NCBI GenBank assembly: GCA_049966395.1
Contig: JBMFUT010000007.1
Span: forward strand, 1-29,859
Origin: Candidatus Micrarchaeia archaeon
GTDB taxonomy: Archaea; Micrarchaeota; Micrarchaeia; Micrarchaeales; CABMGC01
Length of the DNA: 29,859 nucleotides
Direction: 5' to 3'
Shown here: piece by piece, positions 10,543 to 18,796 of the stretch
Numbering within the stretch: position 1 is the first letter of the stretch
How the letters are laid out: each line of letters opens with the position of its first letter
The notes under the pieces: model-generated
The model's database searches: none
Told to the model about the DNA's origin: nothing
Seen by the model: the letters and a program-made list of their open reading frames with translations, nothing else
Translations under genes and position numbers: made by a program

Positions 10543-10684
10543 AAAGTAATCATTTCACAAACAAAATTATAAATAGCCACTACAGTCACAGCCACGCCTA
10601 ATGGCGTAGTTCGAAGAGCGCATGCCGTCTAACCCTGGCACAACGCTTATAAATGAGAGAAAACAAGCTTTCAATGGTGAACCG

Positions 10685-10978
10685 ATGTCTGGAAATCAGG
10701 AATATTCGGCAAGCAGCGGAGTTAACATAGACACAATTTTGGGAGAGGTTTTTGGGCAAGACGCTGGAAGGCAAGGCGTTTATGCCACTGTAGAAGAAAT
10801 AGCCGCAACGTTGCGAAGCCGAGGATACGATGTCAAGAAGGAGGAAGTTGCGAGAATCCTTGATGCAGCAGTGGAAGCTGGAAAGATGGATCGTTTTATT
10901 GGCAGAAGCGGAAACTCTTTAGATATAGTCTATGGCTGGAAGACAAAGATTGACATTCCCCGCATAAGCAATTTCTAG
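10685..10978 (+). CDS. Hypothetical protein, possible winged-helix DNA-binding domain
   Basis: ATG 10685 is preceded by SD GGTGA and by TATA CTTATAAA (10647-10654). The segment TVEEIAATLRSRGYDVKKEEVARILDAAVEAGKM followed by a beta-hairpin-like stretch fits a wHTH pattern. Confidence 0.6.
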   Translation: MSGNQEYSASSGVNIDTILGEVFGQDAGRQGVYATVEEIAATLRSRGYDVKKEEVARILDAAVEAGKMDRFIGRSGNSLDIVYGWKTKIDIPRISNF

Positions 10979-11055
10979 CATTGGAGCCACGCTTTGCCGG
11001 CTTTTTACGCAGTTAAACCATATTTTGCGTCATGTTTTAATTCTTTTCTGCCTAT

Positions 11056-11072
11056 TTATAACTCAGTTATAA
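11056..11072. promoter_or_regulatory. Perfect 8-1-8 inverted repeat TTATAACT-C-AGTTATAA, candidate operator of the suf operon
   Basis: Directly visible palindrome immediately 5' of SD GGTGA (11073-11077) of the regulator gene and downstream of a TATA-like TTTTAATT (11035-11042). Confidence 0.7.
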
Positions 11073-11081
11073 GGTGAGCTG

Positions 11082-11402
11082 TTGGGATCTGCCTACGAGG
11101 AAGCTGCGCACGGCACTGTTCCTGCAATAAGGGCTTCGCTGTCTGTGGCGCTTGCGAAAAAGTACAAGATGAGCGAGTGTGAGATAGCCGAAGCGCTTGG
11201 CATAACCCAGGCCGCAGTGAGCAAGTACCTCTCTGGCAAGTACTCATCCAAAATAAAGCGCTTGCAGGCGCGAATAAGCAAAAGCATGCTTGATGAAGGC
11301 GCAGAGTCAATAGCCGCACACAGGGCAAGCGCCGCAGCATGCCTGTGCGACATATGCGAGAGCATTAGAACATCAAAGTGCTATTTGAGAGGGGCGCATT
11401 GA
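11082..11402 (+). CDS. XRE-like HTH transcriptional regulator (COG2522 / ThiR N-domain-like) with Cys-rich C-terminus
   Basis: TTG start after SD GGTGA. Motifs VPAIRA and HTH EIAEALGITQAAVSKYLSGK. C-terminal CLCDIC-x7-C. Ends 1 nt before sufB. Confidence 0.85.
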   Translation: MGSAYEEAAHGTVPAIRASLSVALAKKYKMSECEIAEALGITQAAVSKYLSGKYSSKIKRLQARISKSMLDEGAESIAAHRASAAACLCDICESIRTSKCYLRGAH

Positions 11403-11403
11403 A

Positions 11404-12810
11404 ATGGCCGACATTCTGAAGGACATAAATGAAGGATACGCTGACAAATACGGATTCAAGACAGATGCGAGATACGAGGCCATGATCAAAGGCATAAGCG
11501 AAGAGAATGTTATTGCCATATCAAAGCTCAAGAAAGAGCCGGAGTGGATGCTTGAAAAGAGACTTGCTGGTTTTAAGGCTTTCGTAAGCAAGCCAACGCC
11601 GCGGTGGGGCACAAGAAGCCTCGATGATATAGACTACAGCAGCATATATACCTACCTGAAGCCAAAGGCCAGGGAAGCCACCAACTGGGATGACGTGCCA
11701 AAGGAAATAAAAGACACCTTCGAAAAGCTCGGCGTTCCAGAAAGCGAGAGAAAATTCTTCGCCGGCGCAGAGGCGCAGTTCGATTCTGAAGCTGTTTACA
11801 GCAGCGTCAAAAAAGAACTGGAGAAACTCGGCGTTATTTTCACTGATACAGACACCGCGGTAAAGAAGTATCCTGACATAGTGAAGAAGTACTTCGGCAC
11901 CATAGTGCCTCCTCTGGACAACAAATTTGCCGCGCTGAACACCGCAGTATGGTCTGGAGGGAGCTTCATATACGTTCCTAAAGGCGTGAAGGTGACTTTG
12001 CCTTTGCAAGCATACTTCAGGATAAACGCCGAAAGCGCAGGGCAGTTCGAACGGACGCTGATAATAGCAGACGAGGGTAGCGAGGTTACTTATTTGGAAG
12101 GCTGCACTGCGCCAATATACTCTTCAACATCGCTTCATTCTGCAGTGGTGGAAATATACGTGGCAAAAGACGCCCACGTGAGGTACATAACCATACAAAA
12201 CTGGTCAAAGAATGTGTACAACCTTGTTACGCAGAGAGCGCACGTGAAGGAGAACGGCCATATGGAATGGGTAGATTTCAACATAGGCAGCAAGCTTAAC
12301 ATGAAGTACCCGAGCGTCTTCCTTATGGAGCCTAGGGCAAAGGGCGACATTCTCTCTGTTGCCGTGGCAAGTGCAAACCAGGTGCAGGATTCAGGCGGCA
12401 AGGCTTACCATCTTGCGCCAGAAACGGTTTCCAAAATAGTTTCAAAAAGCATATCTATAGGAAATGGAGAAACAACCTACCGCGGCCTTGTGCATATAGC
12501 AAAGAATGCCGAAAACTCTATTTCCTCTACTCAATGCGACGCAATGATGGTTGACGACGCATCCAAAACGAACACATTTCCTTATACAGATATAAAGAAC
12601 GAAACTTCTACCCTTTCTCACGAGGCAAGCGTGGGGAGAATAGGGCAAGAACAGCTTGTCTACCTGGAATCGCGCGGCATAAAGGAAGAGGATGCAAAGG
12701 CGCTCATACTGCTTGGTTTTATACAACCTCTGACTGAAGTGATACCATTGGAGTATTCCATAGAGCTCAGCAGACTGATAAGACTCGAACTGCAGAACGC
12801 TGTCGGCTAG
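11404..12810 (+). CDS. sufB: Fe-S cluster assembly scaffold SufB
   Basis: DNKFAALNTAVWSGGSFIYVPKGV, GQFERTLII, YLEGCTAP, IQNWSKNVYNLVTQRA, QCDA, HEASVG. Confidence 0.97.
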   Translation: MADILKDINEGYADKYGFKTDARYEAMIKGISEENVIAISKLKKEPEWMLEKRLAGFKAFVSKPTPRWGTRSLDDIDYSSIYTYLKPKAREATNWDDVPKEIKDTFEKLGVPESERKFFAGAEAQFDSEAVYSSVKKELEKLGVIFTDTDTAVKKYPDIVKKYFGTIVPPLDNKFAALNTAVWSGGSFIYVPKGVKVTLPLQAYFRINAESAGQFERTLIIADEGSEVTYLEGCTAPIYSSTSLHSAVVEIYVAKDAHVRYITIQNWSKNVYNLVTQRAHVKENGHMEWVDFNIGSKLNMKYPSVFLMEPRAKGDILSVAVASANQVQDSGGKAYHLAPETVSKIVSKSISIGNGETTYRGLVHIAKNAENSISSTQCDAMMVDDASKTNTFPYTDIKNETSTLSHEASVGRIGQEQLVYLESRGIKEEDAKALILLGFIQPLTEVIPLEYSIELSRLIRLELQNAVG

Positions 12811-12823
12811 AAGCGGTGAAGCG

Positions 12824-14026
12824 ATGAAAGAGCAAAAAGAAATTTCTAATTACAGAAGCGTGCCAGAAGAAGGCGAGCTCTACAAGAGGAACTTTATACA
12901 CATTCCATTAGAGGATTTTGAATTGACAACTAATGCAACCGGTTCTGGTGATGTCGAGACGAAGGCGTATTCTTCCAAGGCAATGTCAAGCTACGGTATC
13001 AGATTTAGTGCAGAGGCATGGCCGGGCGGCTTTGTCACGCACAGCAAGAACATAACTACCATCAACAGGTCTGCGCCTTTCGAGGGAGTAGGAGCCGACA
13101 TAGGCGGCAGAGCTGTTGCTTTCCTAGAAAGCTTCGCAGACAGGACAATAGAGGTAAATGCAGCCGAGTCTGACGGCGAACAGGATCTTGGACTGCTTTT
13201 AGTAAGTTCGTCCGCCAGGGAAGTACTGCGGCTGTTGGTGAATGCTGGGCAAAATTCCAACCTCAAGCTTACAGTAGTCAGCCTTTCTTCAAGCGCAAAG
13301 TCTTTTTCTGGGATACTGTGCAGCGTGAATGCGATGGATCAGTCAAAAGTTGAGATAAACTACATATACAACCAAGGCAAAAACACTGTAGGCGTTTTCG
13401 CGACTCGCGCAGTCGCAGGAAGTGATGCCAGCATCCAGATAAACAACATTTATACGGGCGCTTCAATAATCAAATCGATAACAGCGATTTCATTAGATGG
13501 CTACAGAGCCCGCGGGAAAATAAACGAGGCTGCGTATCTTGATAGCAGTCAGGCGCTCGATGCGACTACGAGCATAATCAACATTGGCAAAGAGACCGTC
13601 GGGTCGGCAGACTCGCGGGTGGTGGCAAACAGTGGTTCCTCTGCAATAATAAAAAGCTATGCAAAGGTTTACAAAGGGGCAGAAGGCGCTTCATCGCTCA
13701 TAAGGGAAAAGGGAATAACGCTTGACAAAAATTCAAAAATAGAGGCAATACCAATGATGGCGATAGACGAAAGGAACGTCAAGGAGGCAAAGCATTCAGC
13801 AGGCGTATCTCCACTTAGCGACGAGGCCGTTTTCTACCTTTGCGCAAGGGGCATAAAGCCTGAATCAGCTAGAAATCTTGTAGTAAAAAGCATGCTTGCA
13901 TCAAGCATGGCAGCAACGAGCAGCACTATTTCGAAAGTGCTTTCGCCGAGCATACTGTTCTCTAAGCTTGACGGCGCAGAGTATGAAGGCATGCCCTCCA
14001 GCAATGTTAGCGGGATATGGTTCTAG
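12824..14026 (+). CDS. sufD: SufD (SufB paralogue), divergent
   Basis: Beta-helix-like repeats and C-terminal PMMAIDERNVKEAKHSAG and FYLCARGI. SD GGTGA. Position between sufB and sufC. Confidence 0.85.
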   Translation: MKEQKEISNYRSVPEEGELYKRNFIHIPLEDFELTTNATGSGDVETKAYSSKAMSSYGIRFSAEAWPGGFVTHSKNITTINRSAPFEGVGADIGGRAVAFLESFADRTIEVNAAESDGEQDLGLLLVSSSAREVLRLLVNAGQNSNLKLTVVSLSSSAKSFSGILCSVNAMDQSKVEINYIYNQGKNTVGVFATRAVAGSDASIQINNIYTGASIIKSITAISLDGYRARGKINEAAYLDSSQALDATTSIINIGKETVGSADSRVVANSGSSAIIKSYAKVYKGAEGASSLIREKGITLDKNSKIEAIPMMAIDERNVKEAKHSAGVSPLSDEAVFYLCARGIKPESARNLVVKSMLASSMAATSSTISKVLSPSILFSKLDGAEYEGMPSSNVSGIWF

Positions 14027-14039
14027 CCATGGTGAAAAA

Positions 14040-14777
14040 ATGAAGCTTGAAATAAAAAATCTTCATGCATCTATAGGAGAAAAGGAGATACTTAAAGGGG
14101 TAAATCTCTCTATCTCTACAGGTGAGATGCACGTGCTAATGGGTCCAAACGGCTCCGGAAAAACGGTGCTTACCAAAGCGGTGCTTGGCCATCCTGGGGT
14201 CAAGATAACCGAGGGTGACATACTTGCCGATGGCAAGAGCATCCTCGGAATGACTACAGACGAGCGCGCCCGCCTTGGCATATTTCTCCAATTCCAGGAG
14301 CCAGTAGAGATAGAAGGTGTGGGATTTATAAATTTCCTGAGATCTGCCAAGGCTGCGTATGAAAACCTGCCAATAAACGTCTCAAAACTTGTCAGCGAGG
14401 TGAACGACGCAGCAGCAAAGCTGCATATAGAAAAAGGCATGATAGGCAGGTCATTGAACTTCGGAATGTCTGGAGGAGAGAAGAAGAAGGCAGAAATACT
14501 GCAGATGGCAATACTGAAGCCGAAGATAGCCATACTGGACGAGCCCGATTCCGGGCTAGATGTCGATGCGGTCAAGATAGTCGCGAGCAACATAACAAGC
14601 ATATTCGAGGGCGGCAAGGTAGGCATGCTGCTCATAACCCATTACAGTAGGATACTTGAGTACATGAAACCGCAGTTCGTTCACGTTATGCTAAATGGCA
14701 GGATAATAGCAAATGGAGGCCTGGAGATAGTGTCAGACATAGAGAAAAATGGATATGATATTTTCAACAGGGTGTAA
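14040..14777 (+). CDS. sufC: Fe-S cluster assembly ATPase SufC
   Basis: ILKGVNL, GPNGSGKT, DERARLG, FQEPVEI, MSGGEKKK, LDEPDSGLDVDA, LITHY. Start at ATG 14040 after SD GGTGA rather than 13896. Confidence 0.96.
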   Translation: MKLEIKNLHASIGEKEILKGVNLSISTGEMHVLMGPNGSGKTVLTKAVLGHPGVKITEGDILADGKSILGMTTDERARLGIFLQFQEPVEIEGVGFINFLRSAKAAYENLPINVSKLVSEVNDAAAKLHIEKGMIGRSLNFGMSGGEKKKAEILQMAILKPKIAILDEPDSGLDVDAVKIVASNITSIFEGGKVGMLLITHYSRILEYMKPQFVHVMLNGRIIANGGLEIVSDIEKNGYDIFNRV

Positions 14778-16019
14778 ATGATGAAATTCGATGTGAACAA
14801 GATAAGGGAGGACTTCCCGATACTGAAGATCAGGATGGGCGACAGCGAAATAGCCTATCTTGACAGCGCTGCCACTTCTCAGAAGCCGAGGCAGGTTATA
14901 AGTGCCATATCTAGATATTACAAGACCTACAATGCTAACATACACCGCGGGATATATGACATCGCTGAGCGCGCGACAGAGGAATACAAAGAGTCTAAAG
15001 ATCTTCTTGCCGAGTTTATTGGTGCGCATAGCTACAGAGAAATAGTTTACGTGAGAAACACCACAGAGGCGATAAATCTTGTGGCGCTGACATGGGGCGA
15101 GGCAAACATAAAGAGAGGAGACCACATACTCATAACAAAGATGGAGCACCATAGCAACCTTGTCCCGTGGATTATGCTTGCAAGGCGCAAGGGCGCTGTG
15201 CTTGACTACGTGGAGCTGAAGGACGAGTCTTTTGTAGACATCGACGATTATAAGCAGAAGCTCGGATTTTCGCCAAAACTGGTCGCTTTTACTCACGTTT
15301 CGAATGTCTTGGGCACTGTAAACGACGTTGAAAAAATGACTAAACTCGCGCACGATGCAGGGGCATTAGTGCTAGTCGACGGCGCCCAGTCCGCGCCGCA
15401 TATGAAAGTGGATGTAAGCAAGATTGGCTGCGATTTTTTTGCCCTATCTGGCCACAAAATGCTGGCGCCGCTCGGGATAGGGGCGCTTTATGCCAGGGAA
15501 GAAATACTTGAGAAAACCGAACCTCTTCTTGGTGGTGGCGACATGATAAACAGCGTGGAGCTGCAGTCTTGCACGTGGAATGAGCTGCCGTGGAAGTTCG
15601 AGGCCGGAACGCAGAATATAGAAGGGGCGATAGGCCTTACAGCAGCTATAAAATACCTTAACAAGGTAGGAATGGAAAACATAAGGGAGCACGAAAAGTC
15701 CCTGACTGCATATGCGCTAAAGCGTCTAAACGAGACTGAGGGTGTGACTGTCTATGGACCTTCAGGGAAAGATATCAATTCCAAGGCAGGAGTAATTTCT
15801 TTCAACGTGGAAAACATCCATCCGCACGACCTTTCAGAAGTATTCAACAGCAAGGGCATCGCGATAAGAAGCGGCCACCATTGTGCCATGCCACTTGTGA
15901 CAAGTGTGCTTGGCGCCGGCGCAGTGGCTAGAGCAAGCTTCTACCTTTACAACAAGGAGGAAGAAGTCGACAGGATGGTAGATGCAATAGAAACAGCAAA
16001 GCGTTTCTTCAAGAAGTAA
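14778..16019 (+). CDS. sufS: Cysteine desulfurase, group II (SufS)
   Basis: YLDSAATSQKP, EHHSN, DGAQS, PLP lysine in SGHK, catalytic Cys in RSGHHCA, RASFYLYN. Confidence 0.96.
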   Translation: MMKFDVNKIREDFPILKIRMGDSEIAYLDSAATSQKPRQVISAISRYYKTYNANIHRGIYDIAERATEEYKESKDLLAEFIGAHSYREIVYVRNTTEAINLVALTWGEANIKRGDHILITKMEHHSNLVPWIMLARRKGAVLDYVELKDESFVDIDDYKQKLGFSPKLVAFTHVSNVLGTVNDVEKMTKLAHDAGALVLVDGAQSAPHMKVDVSKIGCDFFALSGHKMLAPLGIGALYAREEILEKTEPLLGGGDMINSVELQSCTWNELPWKFEAGTQNIEGAIGLTAAIKYLNKVGMENIREHEKSLTAYALKRLNETEGVTVYGPSGKDINSKAGVISFNVENIHPHDLSEVFNSKGIAIRSGHHCAMPLVTSVLGAGAVARASFYLYNKEEEVDRMVDAIETAKRFFKK

Positions 16020-16099
16020 AAGCGAAAAATGTTTATAGCTTTATTATAAAAAGCTATTGTATTGTGGCTGCATTTTAGCAGGGCGGCCTTGGTGTTCTG

Positions 16100-16456
16100 A
16101 TGTTGCTTGGCATAAAGAGGATATACGACAAGGCTGAAATAATAGATGGAAAGCGTATCCTGATAGACAGGCTTTGGCCAAGAGGAGTCAAGAAGAACAG
16201 CGCTAATTTTGACATGTGGCTTAAGGATGTCGCGCCCAGCAACGAGCTGAGGAAATGGTTTATGCACGACCCGTCAAAGTGGGAGGAATTCAAGAGACGC
16301 TATGAAAAGGAGCTCAAGGGCAATCCAGCGTTTAATCAGCTGCTGTCGATTGTGAAGAGCTCAGACGTCACATTGCTGTATGCGGCAAGGGACGAGAAAC
16401 ACAATGATGCTGTAGTCATTGCAGAGATGATAAAGAAGGAACTTGGCGGCAAATAG
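16100..16456 (+). CDS. DUF488 / YeaO-family protein
   Basis: KRIYD, RILIDRLWPRGVKK, WLKDVAPSNELRKWF, VTLLYAARDEKHN. Confidence 0.9.
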   Translation: MLLGIKRIYDKAEIIDGKRILIDRLWPRGVKKNSANFDMWLKDVAPSNELRKWFMHDPSKWEEFKRRYEKELKGNPAFNQLLSIVKSSDVTLLYAARDEKHNDAVVIAEMIKKELGGK

Positions 16457-16497
16457 ACAGCCTCCAATTATATATTTTGACATGCAATATTCCTATC

Positions 16498-18627
16498 ATG
16501 GAAGTCTCCTCTCTCAAAGGCATGCTGCCAAACGAAGTTCTGGAATCTCTCGTTTCGCGTGGCATAAGCAGGCTTACGCCGCCTCAAGAGGCAGCAATAT
16601 CAAGAGGGCTGCTTTCAGGGAGAAGCATGGTTGTCGCTTCTCCGACAGCCAGCGGCAAAACCCTCATAGCTGAGATGGCGATGCTAAGGGCGGTATTCGC
16701 AAGACGCAAAGCCATCTATATAGCCCCGATGAGGGCTCTCGTAAGCGAGAAGTACGAGGAGTTCAAAAGCGCATATCCTTACCTGAAAATAGCAATGTCT
16801 ATAGGGGATTTGGATTCTATGGACGCCTGGCTCGCGGGCTACGACATCATAATGGCTTCTACAGAGAAGTTCGACAGCCTGATAAGGCACGGCGTCAACT
16901 GGTTCAGCGAAGTGGGCTGCGTAGTATTCGACGAGGTTCACATGCTCGGCGATCGCGAGCGCGGCGCCTTGATGGAAGTGCTTATGACAAAGCTGAGGAG
17001 GCTTTGCAAGGACTCCCAGGTAATAGCTCTTAGCGCAACTGTAGGCAATGCCGATGAGATAGCCGAGTGGCTTGGCGCAGAGATTGTCGAGAGCGATTAC
17101 AGGCCAGTAGATCTCAAAAAGGGAATTGTCGCAGGCAGCAGAGCTTTCTACATAGATGGCGATGAGGAGCTCTCAGGAAGCAGCAAAGTTCCAGAGGCGC
17201 GAATCGCCGAAGATGTGCTTATACGCGGCAAGCAGCTGCTTATATTCTATTCAACAAAACGCAATGCAGAAGCTGGCGCAGAAAGGCTTTCCCACGTGGT
17301 TGAGGAATATGTGAGCGATAAAAGGGCAGAGCTCGAGGCTTTGGCTGCTGAAATAGAAGGCGTGCTCTCGCATCCTACTGAGCAATGCAGAAGGCTTGCA
17401 AGATGCGTGAGAAGCGGAGTGGCATTTCACCATAGCGGCTTGATGAACGAGCAGCGCCGCATTGTTGAAGATGCATTCAAGGGCAACAGCATAAAAGTAA
17501 TATGCTCAACCACGACCCTAGGGCTTGGCGTTAACCTTCCAGCGCATACAGTTCTAGTTAGGGATACCAGCAGATACAGCGAAGGATTCGGCTCCGTGAA
17601 AATGAGCGTCAACGAGGTGACACAGCTTTTTGGAAGGGCGGGAAGGCCAAAATACGACAAAGAAGGAAGGGCGCTGCTTCTTGCAAAATCCAAGGATGAG
17701 ATTGTTGATTTATACGAGAGGTACATGAACTCGCCGCTTGAACCAATAGAATCCAGCCTTGGCATAATGCCGGCGCTAAGAAGCCACATACTCGCACTTA
17801 TAGCGACAAGGTTCCTCAGGACAAAGGAAGGCATAACTTCGTTTTTTGGCGAGACTTTCTACGGCTACCAGTATTCGAGCATGAGCGACATAGAACGCAT
17901 GATAGAAAGTTCGCTAAACGAGTTCCAGGCGTGGGGTTTTGTAGAAAAGGCGGGCAGCATCTATTCGGCAACTAGAGTAGGCGAGCGCGTGAGTGAACTG
18001 TACATAGACCCCCTCTCCGCCAAATGGATCATTGACAAGATGGCCGAAAAGCGCGATAGCATTGCAAACCTTTTCATGATTACCAATACGAAGGAGATGC
18101 AGCCTTATGTGAAAGTAACTGAAGAAGCCGAGGAAAACTTTTTCGCATACGAGCATATGATAGAGGGCGCATCAGCATCTGACATGGCAGAAGACAACGG
18201 TTTCGGGTATTATGATCCTCTGAAGCCTTTCAGCACTGCAATGATGCTTAACGACTGGATAAACGAAAAAGGGGAGAGCGAAACGGTAAAGAAGTACAAT
18301 ACAACTCCAGGCGCGCTTTTTTCAAAGATAACCAACGCAGACTGGCTTCTCTACTCGGCGGCAGAGCTAGGCAGAATAATGCACGTTCCTACAAGGGACA
18401 TAATAGAAATGAGGGTGAGGATGCGCTATGGCATCAAGGAAGAACTGCTAGACCTGATAAGGCTCGAGCAGGTGGGCAGAGTTAGGGCCAGGATGCTCTT
18501 CAACGCCGGAATAAAGAGCGTCGCCGACATCCGCAACAAGGAGTCTCATGAAAAGATAAGGAAGCTGTTCACCAAAGAACTTGCAGAAAAGATAATATCG
18601 CAAGCTACAGGAGGCATAATGGAATGA
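16498..18627 (+). CDS. hel308: Ski2-like SF2 DNA helicase Hel308/Hjm
   Basis: Q motif LTPPQ, SPTASGKT, DEVH, SAT, FHHSGL, GVNLPA, QLFGRAGRP, RVSELYIDP and a C-terminal HhH (VGRVRARMLF). Likely leaderless ATG 16498 after TATA TTATATAT (16468-16475). Confidence 0.95.
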   Translation: MEVSSLKGMLPNEVLESLVSRGISRLTPPQEAAISRGLLSGRSMVVASPTASGKTLIAEMAMLRAVFARRKAIYIAPMRALVSEKYEEFKSAYPYLKIAMSIGDLDSMDAWLAGYDIIMASTEKFDSLIRHGVNWFSEVGCVVFDEVHMLGDRERGALMEVLMTKLRRLCKDSQVIALSATVGNADEIAEWLGAEIVESDYRPVDLKKGIVAGSRAFYIDGDEELSGSSKVPEARIAEDVLIRGKQLLIFYSTKRNAEAGAERLSHVVEEYVSDKRAELEALAAEIEGVLSHPTEQCRRLARCVRSGVAFHHSGLMNEQRRIVEDAFKGNSIKVICSTTTLGLGVNLPAHTVLVRDTSRYSEGFGSVKMSVNEVTQLFGRAGRPKYDKEGRALLLAKSKDEIVDLYERYMNSPLEPIESSLGIMPALRSHILALIATRFLRTKEGITSFFGETFYGYQYSSMSDIERMIESSLNEFQAWGFVEKAGSIYSATRVGERVSELYIDPLSAKWIIDKMAEKRDSIANLFMITNTKEMQPYVKVTEEAEENFFAYEHMIEGASASDMAEDNGFGYYDPLKPFSTAMMLNDWINEKGESETVKKYNTTPGALFSKITNADWLLYSAAELGRIMHVPTRDIIEMRVRMRYGIKEELLDLIRLEQVGRVRARMLFNAGIKSVADIRNKESHEKIRKLFTKELAEKIISQATGGIME

Positions 18628-18682
18628 AGGTCCAGCGCCTCCTCGGCAGCTTTGCCTTAAGTGGCAAAAAAGGGCAGAAAGA

Positions 18683-18690
18683 TTTATAAG
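18683..18690 (+). promoter_or_regulatory. TATA box (TTTATAAG) with purine-rich BRE, not followed by any ORF
   Basis: GAAAGA-TTTATAAG-CTTTTC closely matches the tRNA promoter TTTATAAG-TTTTTC at 29714 onward. Confidence 0.55.
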
Positions 18691-18711
18691 CTTTTCTTGA
18701 CAATATGTTCT

Positions 18712-18773
18712 ATAGCGTTTAGAGCATATTCTGATAAATCTTCCCCACCCTCTAAACGCTCTTACGCTTTTTT
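18712..18773 (+). ncRNA. Candidate small hairpin RNA (~60 nt), unclassified
   Basis: Perfect 11-bp stem AGCGTTTAGAG (18714-18724) / CTCTAAACGCT (18750-18760) with a 25-nt loop. Begins about 24 nt after a TATA box and is followed by T6 (18768-18773). Confidence 0.45.
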
Positions 18774-18796
18774 CCTTTCAAAATTCCCCTATTCCG

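Noticed and set aside
13896..14039. N-terminal extension of sufC
   Set aside because: Overlaps sufD in another frame. The SD plus ATG at 14040 matches the normal SufC start (MKLEIKNL).
18712..18773. C/D-box or H/ACA guide RNA assignment for the hairpin
   Set aside because: Only one CUGA and no RUGAUGA box at the 5' end. No bipartite pseudouridylation pocket with a correctly placed ACA.
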